IMG/VR virus record: IMGVR_UViG_3300010389_000001
Coordinates: 124,001-188,000 of that record
DNA: 64,000 nt
Strand: one strand, 5' to 3'
Shown here: positions 37,406 through 45,790 of the stretch, one piece after another
Layout of the letters: every line of letters starts with the position of its first letter
How positions within the stretch are numbered: the first letter of the stretch is position 1
Translations under genes and position numbers: made by a program
Notes under the pieces: generated by a model
Database searches by the model: none
What the model was told of the DNA's origin: nothing
Seen by the model: the letters and a program-made list of their open reading frames with translations, nothing else

Positions 37406-37693
37406 ATGGATTCAGAAGAGAAAGTAAATAAAGCAAAAAAAATAAATGACTTGCTCTCCAAGTTTGTGGAAAATTTAGGTTCAGAGCTTGGCAAAACAAA
37501 TCATTCTATGGAATACCTAAAGGGATATGAGCAGTGCGCTCAAGATATTCTTGCTGACCTAGATAATGATAGCCCTTCTTCTTTGACGATGCTTATAAGA
37601 GCGAGGGTTGAGCATAATGCAAAAATCCAGATTTATAGCGAGATTTTATCTGGGCTAAATGCAATAAATGATGGGTTCAAAAAGGTCCTATAA
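37406..37693 (+). CDS. hypothetical protein
   Basis: GGAGG RBS; TACTAAT at 37370. Confidence 0.7.
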   Translation: MDSEEKVNKAKKINDLLSKFVENLGSELGKTNHSMEYLKGYEQCAQDILADLDNDSPSSLTMLIRARVEHNAKIQIYSEILSGLNAINDGFKKVL

Positions 37694-38008
37694 ATGAATA
37701 AGCAATCGTTCGTTCTTGTTAAAGACAAAAAGAAAGTCTGCAGAGAAAGGGCAAAGCTTGTTGTAGAAGAGGAGTTTGCTCCGCTTTTGGAAGCTCAAAG
37801 AGAAAAGTGGAAGCAAACAAAGAATCCGAAACATTATCAGGCTCTCGTTATGCTGAATAGAAAGAAGCTTAGAAAAGAAGAAGAATATTACGAAAAATTT
37901 TTAGACAACTTCTTTATGTCAAAAGATTCTTACTCAGGATATGAGGGCGCTCCAGAGGGGCTTAGCGCTTTTAATGAATTTTTAATCGAACAACTTAAAA
38001 ATATATAG
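37694..38008 (+). CDS. hypothetical protein
   Basis: 104-aa ORF abutting the previous stop. Confidence 0.7.
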   Translation: MNKQSFVLVKDKKKVCRERAKLVVEEEFAPLLEAQREKWKQTKNPKHYQALVMLNRKKLRKEEEYYEKFLDNFFMSKDSYSGYEGAPEGLSAFNEFLIEQLKNI

Positions 38009-38017
38009 GAATTTATT

Positions 38018-38407
38018 ATGGCGATAGGCTACATAAATCGTATTCCATTTAGACAGGGCGACGCGATTGTATGCCCAAGGCTAATAATTGATAAAAATGG
38101 AAAAGCGACCTACATAATGGAAGAGATTATGGAGTTAGGGAAAAAACGAAACTCCGACGGAAAAGTCTCTCACATAGTAGATATATCTGATCAGCTTGAG
38201 GTGGGCAAATATACCTATAATTTTGTTGACTCAAACGGCAATGCGATCGAATCTTCAAACATATTTAGAGTATTTCTTTCCGGGATGAATATAACATCTA
38301 GTGTAACGATATCTAGTGATGGCTTAAGCTTTTCTTTTTCAGAGACTTTTAGCCCAGATCTTTTTAGCAAAAATGAAGTTCTAGTCATAGACTTTGAGGA
38401 GAAATAG
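38018..38407 (+). CDS. hypothetical beta-rich protein
   Basis: 129-aa ORF in operon. Confidence 0.7.
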   Translation: MAIGYINRIPFRQGDAIVCPRLIIDKNGKATYIMEEIMELGKKRNSDGKVSHIVDISDQLEVGKYTYNFVDSNGNAIESSNIFRVFLSGMNITSSVTISSDGLSFSFSETFSPDLFSKNEVLVIDFEEK

Positions 38408-38409
38408 CG

Positions 38410-38736
38410 ATGGCAATGGGAAGCTATAAATTGGGAGCGTCAGTAAGGATTCCTCTAATAGTTATTGACAATGGTGTTGCTTTTACTGAAGAAATTAATC
38501 CAATTATAAAAGAGATAATAAAGCCAAATAATACTGTTGCCTCAGGATTTCCTAGGACAATGACTCTTGCAAATGAGGAGTATGGAACTTATTATTATGA
38601 GTATACCCCTGACATACCGGGTGACTATATTGTTATTCTATGCTATGAAGCCTTTTCTCAAGAGTATACTTTAATCGAAAATTTCACAGTTAACCCAGAA
38701 GTTATTGGGCAAATACCAAGGGCGGAGGCTAGATAA
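38410..38736 (+). CDS. Ig-like virion protein
   Basis: GTYYYEYTPDIPGDYIV beta-sandwich pattern. Confidence 0.55.
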   Translation: MAMGSYKLGASVRIPLIVIDNGVAFTEEINPIIKEIIKPNNTVASGFPRTMTLANEEYGTYYYEYTPDIPGDYIVILCYEAFSQEYTLIENFTVNPEVIGQIPRAEAR

Positions 38737-39644
38737 TGACGAACAACAGAAATAGAGCTATCAGAGGCGAGAACGTTGAGTTAAGTATCCAGTATTATGG
38801 TGTTGACGGACTTCCTGCTGACGCGGATTCGGCGCCTCAGATAAGAATAACGAATCCAGATGGCAATGTTGTTGTTGCCGCAACCTCTTCTGGCATAACA
38901 AGGGCAGATATTGGGTTGTACGTTTATACTTATCCGATAGGTTCATCTGTAGAAAAAGGACTATGGACAGATACGTGGATCGCGCAGATCGATGGAGCGA
39001 CCTTATCTAATGAGTTTAAGTTTCTTGTCGTCGATGAGGCATCGGCGACCGCCGGAGCTATAAGGCTCGGCGATGAAGTGGAGTTTGATTTCTCAGAAGC
39101 AGAATTAGTCGGCTTAAATATTCTCTTAAAATACCTCAAGGCAAGAGTTAGGTCTGATGGTCAAAAGCCATCAAGAGATGAGTACGGAGCCTTTATTTAC
39201 GATGGTTATGGCGAAGTCGTTATGGAAGAGTGTAATGTTTTTTCCGATGAGATTCTGGCTTGCTTTTTATGCTCTGCATTATCAGAATTTAATATGGTCC
39301 CATTCTTTACCTCATATTCTTTCGCTGATGAAATTATATATAAAACATTCTCTCATGCAATTGTTGAGGGAGCGACAATCTTGGCTCTATCATCTCAGGC
39401 TCTAGTGGAAAAAGGAAGAGACTTCACCATATCCGATGGAGGTATATCTTATCAGCCTCCTGCCCTGGGGGACTTCCTCGCCTCAACTTACAACAACTTT
39501 TTGACATCATACAGGGAGAGGTTGAAGTTTATAAAGAATTCAATTAGACCTGGACCACAATCATTTGGAACTTATACGAATTTAAGCTCCGGAGCCCCAG
39601 CATTTACAAGACTAAGGCACCAGAGGTCTCGCAAAATCATCTAG
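38736..39644 (+). CDS. Ig-like domain plus probable head-tail adaptor (neck) domain
   Basis: N-terminal ITNPDG...GLYVYTY...GLWTDTW; helical C-terminal domain with DGGISY strand. Confidence 0.55.
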   Translation: MTNNRNRAIRGENVELSIQYYGVDGLPADADSAPQIRITNPDGNVVVAATSSGITRADIGLYVYTYPIGSSVEKGLWTDTWIAQIDGATLSNEFKFLVVDEASATAGAIRLGDEVEFDFSEAELVGLNILLKYLKARVRSDGQKPSRDEYGAFIYDGYGEVVMEECNVFSDEILACFLCSALSEFNMVPFFTSYSFADEIIYKTFSHAIVEGATILALSSQALVEKGRDFTISDGGISYQPPALGDFLASTYNNFLTSYRERLKFIKNSIRPGPQSFGTYTNLSSGAPAFTRLRHQRSRKII

Positions 39645-39703
39645 GGGCTAAATTAATAACTAATATTATTATATCTGCTGCTAATATTCTGCAATTAAAT
39701 ATA

Positions 39704-41032
39704 ATGAATAGTAGAATAAAAAAAATAGCTTTTTTTAATAAAATAGCCGCATCAATTCAGAGTATAGTTAATCTAGGCTATCCCGAAATAATTGCTAAAA
39801 TATTTATAGATCGCTTTGGCGAAAATGCTCATGTTATAGCTAGATGGATGAACGATTATCACACTGAAGGTCTTAGGCATAATTCTCCTAAGGACTGGCT
39901 GATGAGCCTTACTTTTATTGGCGGGGACAGGATGAGGATAGCTCTTCAGAGGTATCTTGCGGCTATTGCTGGAGAAGAAGAATATGATAAATGGGCCGAA
40001 GAATTTGGGTACCTTCCACTAAGTGAATGTGGTTATAGCTTTGCCACGGGGGAATCATACCCAATGGATATAAAAGATATGATTAAATTTTCGAAAGAAG
40101 AACTGGAAGAACGGTTTAATAAAGATATATTTTTTGACCGAGATTTAATAAGAGATATAGTTTCTGGTGCGCTAAAAGATGTTAAGCCATATAAAAAATT
40201 AAGTTATTATGATGCTAGAGATAAATATTTGAAGAAAAAAATACTATTTGATTATCCGGAGATTATGGCATTTGAAGACGGATATCGCTGGGTTGATGTC
40301 GGAAGAAAGTGTGATGTAATTGGAAAAAAAATGAAAAATTGCGGATCAACTGGTGTTATGGGCATGGATAAAGATAGAGTAATGTTAACGCTTTTGGATA
40401 AGTCCAATAATCCCCATATTGTCGCTACCCTTCATCCAAATGAGAAAAGAATAAGTGGATTTGAAGGTGCCGCGAGTTCTGCTCCAAAACAGAAGTATCA
40501 CAAATATATTTTAAATTTGATCGATCACCTAGGAGTAAGGTTTGAAGAAAAAAGTGGTTACTCAAAATCTGCAATACTAGACTTTAAATATCTCCTGCGA
40601 GATCTAAGCCCTAAAATTGAAAAGATTAATTCTAGCGACTCCTCTGACGAATATTTTAAAATAAATATAAATGATACAATATGGTTTGCTAGTCCGCATT
40701 TTTTTGTATCTGAAGAGGATGCTTTAAAGATATTTGAATATTTAAAAAATAATAAAGAATATATGGAAAATAAAAGAAAATTTAGCGGCAAAGAAGAGGG
40801 TTATGACTTTTCATATGAAGATATGATGCCGGGAATTATACCAGGAAGGTCAGATCATAGGGAAAAATATGAAAAAGATCTTGGAGTTAAATTCCATGGA
40901 AAACATTCGAAAAATCTTTTGAATATATTATCTGGCGAAACTAATATTGATAAAAAAATAGCCGCACTTTCGAGATGGCTAATAGCAGGCGGTTATGCCT
41001 ACGAAGCCAAGAGGCTCTATTCCTCTTCTTGA
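39704..41032 (+). CDS. hypothetical protein with PcfJ-like domain
   Basis: MKNCG...MLTLLDKSNNPHIVATL...ISGFEG; KIA motifs at both ends. Confidence 0.55.
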   Translation: MNSRIKKIAFFNKIAASIQSIVNLGYPEIIAKIFIDRFGENAHVIARWMNDYHTEGLRHNSPKDWLMSLTFIGGDRMRIALQRYLAAIAGEEEYDKWAEEFGYLPLSECGYSFATGESYPMDIKDMIKFSKEELEERFNKDIFFDRDLIRDIVSGALKDVKPYKKLSYYDARDKYLKKKILFDYPEIMAFEDGYRWVDVGRKCDVIGKKMKNCGSTGVMGMDKDRVMLTLLDKSNNPHIVATLHPNEKRISGFEGAASSAPKQKYHKYILNLIDHLGVRFEEKSGYSKSAILDFKYLLRDLSPKIEKINSSDSSDEYFKININDTIWFASPHFFVSEEDALKIFEYLKNNKEYMENKRKFSGKEEGYDFSYEDMMPGIIPGRSDHREKYEKDLGVKFHGKHSKNLLNILSGETNIDKKIAALSRWLIAGGYAYEAKRLYSSS

Positions 41033-41664
41033 ATATCCATCATTATGTCATGATATAAGTTCAGCTTAAATCTTCTTAGATCTTTTTCGCTAAATTCGCC
41101 AAGGGCCTTATGTTTATTAGGAAGCCTGTCTATCTCGCCACTCCTAAGCATTTCAAGCAGCTGTTCAGGGGTATATTTGTATCTTAGAATTTCCGACATC
41201 TCTGTTGACAGGGCATCAATTTCATGTGGCCTCTTATAATATTCATTATCCATTCCTATATTTAGCTCTTCTCTATATAGCTTTGGATCAATAATATGAA
41301 CTAATTCATGTAATATTGTAAACTCCAAAGCCTTATCTGATGAGTGAAGTAATTTATCAGCATTCAAATATATGGAGTTAATAGCTGCATCTGCCCAGGC
41401 AGCATAAACCCCATCCTCATCCAGCCAATTATTTGCATAGAAAAGAGCTTCCGGAGAGATCTTAAAGACAACTCGCACCCTTTGGTCATCATGCTCTCTG
41501 GTTATTTCGAGCCTTTCGGGTAAAATTATATTGTCCAGTATGCCTAGCTCGCTTGATTCCTTTGCCTTAGTTTTTATTAATCTTTTTATGACCGGGATCT
41601 TGTCTGCTACCCATTGCTTTGCTGCATTTGGTAATCTTATATTTTTTGAAATTTTAATCATCAT
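41017..41664 (-). CDS. HExxH zinc-metallopeptidase-like protein
   Basis: ILHELVHIID...YYKRPHEIDA; fills an otherwise empty gap. Confidence 0.7.
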   Translation of the reverse strand: MMIKISKNIRLPNAAKQWVADKIPVIKRLIKTKAKESSELGILDNIILPERLEITREHDDQRVRVVFKISPEALFYANNWLDEDGVYAAWADAAINSIYLNADKLLHSSDKALEFTILHELVHIIDPKLYREELNIGMDNEYYKRPHEIDALSTEMSEILRYKYTPEQLLEMLRSGEIDRLPNKHKALGEFSEKDLRRFKLNLYHDIMMDIQEEE

Positions 41665-41722
41665 AAATCTTTTATTATTAATATAATTTATTAATGGTAA
41701 GAGTGTAATCCTGGAGACCTAA

Positions 41723-41932
41723 GTGAGAGAGCCCGAAAACTGCAAAATAATATATTGCGGATATTCAAAGCCATTAACTTCTGAGGAAGTTTCTTTTGAA
41801 ATTATGGGGCTGCAAGCTCTAATTAAAAAAGCAGAATACAGAATTGCTGAATTAAAGCAAACAGAATATTTGGCAAAAATTGCAATAGAAAATAATGTTG
41901 AAAATATATCAGATTTATTTGGAGATAAATAG
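41723..41932 (+). CDS. small hypothetical protein
   Basis: GTG start after GGAG; overlaps the next start. Confidence 0.55.
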   Translation: MREPENCKIIYCGYSKPLTSEEVSFEIMGLQALIKKAEYRIAELKQTEYLAKIAIENNVENISDLFGDK

Positions 41933-42435
41933 TGTTTATCGTAACTGCAAAAAAGAAAGAAGAAAATTTGCTAAATAACATAATGCTTTTATCAAAGATA
42001 AGAACTGAATTAATGAATGATAAAATTGCAAAAGATATTTGCAAAGAAAATGAAGTTGATGATGATTTTCTAAAAGGCGTTCCGATAAGATTCGATGATT
42101 TAGACGTTTCTGCTAAGACTGTCAACTCTAATATTATCTTAAATAAAAAGCTGATAGAGAAATCCTTCCATATGATTATGAGATATGTTATACACGAATT
42201 GGTGCATGCGATACAGCATTGTGACTCTCACAAAAAAGAAGATAAAAATGATAAAGCTGTGGACTATCTAGATAATAAAGATGAGGTGGATGCCTTTCAG
42301 AAGCAGATTCTATACGATTCAGTAGTAAGTGGAAAGGGAGCTGCGGAAGACTACGTAGACGGGCTGCTAGACTACCACGACATCGATGGCGATGAGGCTG
42401 AAGAGAAAAAAGAAGAGCTTATGGAACTCGTTTAG
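41932..42435 (+). CDS. HExxH zinc-metallopeptidase-like protein
   Basis: VIHELVHAIQH...YLDNKDEVDA. Confidence 0.7.
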   Translation: MFIVTAKKKEENLLNNIMLLSKIRTELMNDKIAKDICKENEVDDDFLKGVPIRFDDLDVSAKTVNSNIILNKKLIEKSFHMIMRYVIHELVHAIQHCDSHKKEDKNDKAVDYLDNKDEVDAFQKQILYDSVVSGKGAAEDYVDGLLDYHDIDGDEAEEKKEELMELV

Positions 42436-42495
42436 TTAACTATAATAACAAGAATAAAGCTCTACTAATAGGCGAAGATAATAAGGAGACATCTT

Positions 42496-44487
42496 ATGCT
42501 ATCGCTATCTGGCCAATCGCCTGCCGAAGGTGAGAAGAGAGCTGATATAGAATCGCTTATCGAGTTTAGCATTATTGATGATGGAAGCGGTATAGATCTA
42601 ACATCGCTGGTAGTTGAGCTAAGCGGATCAAGGGCTATTGATGGAGTCGAATTCAAAGAAGGATTCGATGGCCCTTATTCAAGCATATCATTAGATGGAT
42701 CAATACTTTCGGTAATAATAGATAAGGAGTCTCCGTTTAATCAAGGGCAGACCGTTCTTGTGAAGATTCAGGTTAAAAACCTAGATGGTAAATTCTCCAA
42801 TCTAGAGTATGTTTTCAAAACAACGACGCCGGAGCCTTACCTTGACCTGATCTCTCCAGAGAATGGATCTTTGGTGAAATCTGACCAGGTCGTTTTCTTG
42901 CAGTTCTCAGATGAGATCGATGATATAAATCTTTCTTCTATTAACGTAGAGATAAATGACCTTCCTGCGGTTACCTCCGGAGTATTCGATGAAAAATACT
43001 CTGGAACTTCATCATCCCTTGCAAAGATTCAGAATGGGGCTAATGTAAGAATTGAGCCGACGGAGTCATTTAGGGACGGCTTCTATAAAGTATTCTACTC
43101 CGTAAGTGATTTAAATGGAAATACGCTTACCGGAACATCGCTTTTTACAGTAGATTTACCGCAGGTAATCTTGCCATCAACTTTCCCTCAAGTAGACTTT
43201 GAAGGATTCGCGCAAGGGATACAGCGAGTAGCCAATGTTGGAAACGGAAGCTCGCTCGCCATAACTTGGCATAAGCCGATATCTAGGTCCTATAAGGGTG
43301 ACTCTTACGCCTTAATATATGAAAATGAATCAAGACTGAATATATTTGATAGCCAAGCAAAGTATATAGCAACAAGCAACACTACCTCGTTTCTCGCAAC
43401 AGGGTTGGAGACGGGAAAAACAATGTGTTATGCAGTCCGTGGACTTGAGACATTCAAAGAAACGGTAGATTTATCTGGCATGCAGGAGGCGGACGATGGA
43501 GTTTACATAATTCCAAGCCCTACGGCTATCACTTCGCAGGTGCTAGAAAACGATACAATTATTGATGTAGAGTCAACTGAAGGATTTCCGTCTGCAGGCA
43601 TCCTTATCTTAAATTCAAATGAAGTTATAAAGTATACGGCAAAGACGGCCACCTCCTTTCTTGTCCCAACCAATGGCAGGGGGCTAAATGGCACAACTCA
43701 GGGAATCTATTTATCCGGAGATCCAGTTGAAATATTCTTTGGGTGCCAGGATCAAAACACTGTAATAGCAATGTCGACTCCAACTTACTCTGATGGCTAT
43801 CAGAGTGACAGGCAAATTCAGGGAGTTGGCCTTGTAGTTACTGATTACGAAGATAACGACAAAAAGTTTTTCCAGGGGTTTGATTTCTGCGGATATCATC
43901 AGGCTATACCGCAAGATATATTTCAGGGCAAGAACGATTGCGGGAGCTATTTGGGCGGAGAGTTTAACAAGTCCAGGGGCATGAATCTTTTCGATAGAAT
44001 GCTAAACAGGGAGGAGGTACTCCTTGATCAAGTTGGCGAGCCAGTAATCCTTCTTCGAAGAATATGGAATGGACAAACCTGTAGTTGCGCAGACTCAAGA
44101 AGAATGCACCCGAAAGTAAGATCATGCAAGAAGTGCTTTGGAACCGGCTACGTTGGAGGATATGAGCAGTACGATTATAGAAGAAGAGTTGACGGAAGAA
44201 TTATGGTCATGTTTGGAGATACAACAGAAGATCTAAAGCTTTCATCTCAGGCTCATCTAGAGCAAGATTATAAGCCCAATTGTTGGACGCTCCCAAATCC
44301 CGCTATACGCGATCGTGATTTGTTGATTAGGTTTGATTTTAATAATGATATAGAGTTTATATATGAAGTTCTAAATATAACTAAAGATAAACTGTTTTAT
44401 AGGCACTACACCAGACAGCGCCTTAGCTTGCAAAGAATGGATAAAACAGATATCATTTATACCATTGGGTATAACAAAAAATTCTAG
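42496..44487 (+). CDS. Ig/FN3-like domains fused to probable head-closure (neck) domain
   Basis: N-terminal beta-sandwich repeats; C-terminal CSC...CKKCFGTG, WTLPNPAIRDRD; CTACTAAT at 42462. Confidence 0.6.
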   Translation: MLSLSGQSPAEGEKRADIESLIEFSIIDDGSGIDLTSLVVELSGSRAIDGVEFKEGFDGPYSSISLDGSILSVIIDKESPFNQGQTVLVKIQVKNLDGKFSNLEYVFKTTTPEPYLDLISPENGSLVKSDQVVFLQFSDEIDDINLSSINVEINDLPAVTSGVFDEKYSGTSSSLAKIQNGANVRIEPTESFRDGFYKVFYSVSDLNGNTLTGTSLFTVDLPQVILPSTFPQVDFEGFAQGIQRVANVGNGSSLAITWHKPISRSYKGDSYALIYENESRLNIFDSQAKYIATSNTTSFLATGLETGKTMCYAVRGLETFKETVDLSGMQEADDGVYIIPSPTAITSQVLENDTIIDVESTEGFPSAGILILNSNEVIKYTAKTATSFLVPTNGRGLNGTTQGIYLSGDPVEIFFGCQDQNTVIAMSTPTYSDGYQSDRQIQGVGLVVTDYEDNDKKFFQGFDFCGYHQAIPQDIFQGKNDCGSYLGGEFNKSRGMNLFDRMLNREEVLLDQVGEPVILLRRIWNGQTCSCADSRRMHPKVRSCKKCFGTGYVGGYEQYDYRRRVDGRIMVMFGDTTEDLKLSSQAHLEQDYKPNCWTLPNPAIRDRDLLIRFDFNNDIEFIYEVLNITKDKLFYRHYTRQRLSLQRMDKTDIIYTIGYNKKF

Positions 44488-44495
44488 GAGATACA

Positions 44496-44753
44496 ATGTT
44501 CTGGATTAAAAATACCTCTGGCAAGCCTGATGCAATGTTGACTTTTGCTTTTATGTCTTTTTCTGTTGTAACAATAAATATACTTCTTTCTACATTTGGA
44601 AGAATTGCTTTTAATGGATTTGAGATAGGCTTTGCCTCCATGGAAGCTTCCGCTATGACAGCTTACCTTGGCGCTACATTTACAGCTTATGTAACACGAA
44701 GGTGGACTGATGCGAAGCACAACCCGCTCGAAGAAGAGGGCAAAGAGGAGTAG
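44496..44753 (+). CDS. small membrane protein, holin-like
   Basis: Two hydrophobic segments and charged C-terminus in 85 aa. Confidence 0.5.
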   Translation: MFWIKNTSGKPDAMLTFAFMSFSVVTINILLSTFGRIAFNGFEIGFASMEASAMTAYLGATFTAYVTRRWTDAKHNPLEEEGKEE

Positions 44754-44755
44754 GC

Positions 44756-45094
44756 ATGCTTGAATGGATAAAAGAAACTTGGAAAAATTTTAGCTTAAAA
44801 ATTAAGTTTATTTTTGCCGCAGCACTTGGGCTATTTGGATTTTTTACCTTTATATTTGTAAGCAAAAAAGTTAATGCAAAACAAATACTAACTTTAGAGC
44901 TAAAGAATTTGGAAGAAAGAATAAATATAAAAAAGACTGAAGGGGATATAGCCGAAAACAATAAAGAGTTAATCGAGCTAGAGAAAAAAGCCAGTATAAT
45001 AAAGGAACAAATAGAAAATATTGATGCTGGAAAAAGCTCTGAACTTGTTACAAAAGAAGAGCTATTTAATTTTTTTGATAGCAGAGGATTTTAA
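44756..45094 (+). CDS. N-terminal TM plus coiled coil (i-spanin-like architecture)
   Basis: FIFAAALGLFGFFTFIFV then heptads. Confidence 0.45.
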   Translation: MLEWIKETWKNFSLKIKFIFAAALGLFGFFTFIFVSKKVNAKQILTLELKNLEERINIKKTEGDIAENNKELIELEKKASIIKEQIENIDAGKSSELVTKEELFNFFDSRGF

Positions 45095-45297
45095 TGTTAG
45101 ATAAAATAAATAATTTAATTAATTATATCGATAATGAAGATTCTGTTTTTCATAAAAAACTTATTGTAATTGCAAAAAGATTATCAGATCCAATTCATCA
45201 TATTGAGATTGACGTTAAAACTCTTAGGTCAATGGTAAAGCCGGAATTGGCAGATACAGATATAGAGATCCCAAGAGTAGAGATTCCAATAGGGTAG
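45094..45297 (+). CDS. small hypothetical protein
   Basis: TAATG coupling. Confidence 0.6.
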   Translation: MLDKINNLINYIDNEDSVFHKKLIVIAKRLSDPIHHIEIDVKTLRSMVKPELADTDIEIPRVEIPIG

Positions 45298-45305
45298 GCC
45301 GATAT

Positions 45306-45740
45306 ATGATTTGCTTTTTTAAACACCTTTTTTCTTCTCTCATCTGTTTAAACCTATTGATAGCTCCAACTGCATATGCCGGAAAAATTTTGCCAGCAGG
45401 CAGTAAGCTTTCTGAAGAATCTTATGTTTTTACTATTGACGAGGCGACTTCTTTAATGGAAAGGCTAAAAGAGCTTGAAGAAAAAGAAAAAGAACTTGTA
45501 AAGCTTAGGGAGCTTGAGCAAATTAGAATAAAGCAAATTGACTTATTTAAATTAAACGAAGAATATTATAGCCTTCAAATTGACAGGTATAAGGAATTAG
45601 ATTTAAATAATCAAAAGATTATAAATAAGTATCAAAAAAGAAATCAGTTTAGCGAACTTGAAAGGGCTGGAACTTTTATTCTGGGCTTTGGCCTTGCCTT
45701 TGGGTCCATATATGCCGCAGATAAGCTTAACTCAAATTAA
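45306..45740 (+). CDS. exported coiled-coil protein with C-terminal TM
   Basis: Signal-like ...LLIAPTAYA|G, coiled coil, AGTFILGFGLAFGSIYA. Confidence 0.55.
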   Translation: MICFFKHLFSSLICLNLLIAPTAYAGKILPAGSKLSEESYVFTIDEATSLMERLKELEEKEKELVKLRELEQIRIKQIDLFKLNEEYYSLQIDRYKELDLNNQKIINKYQKRNQFSELERAGTFILGFGLAFGSIYAADKLNSN

Positions 45741-45790
45741 AATTAATCTTTTGCTAATTTTTAGTTATAGTTAAATAATTGGAATTTTAA

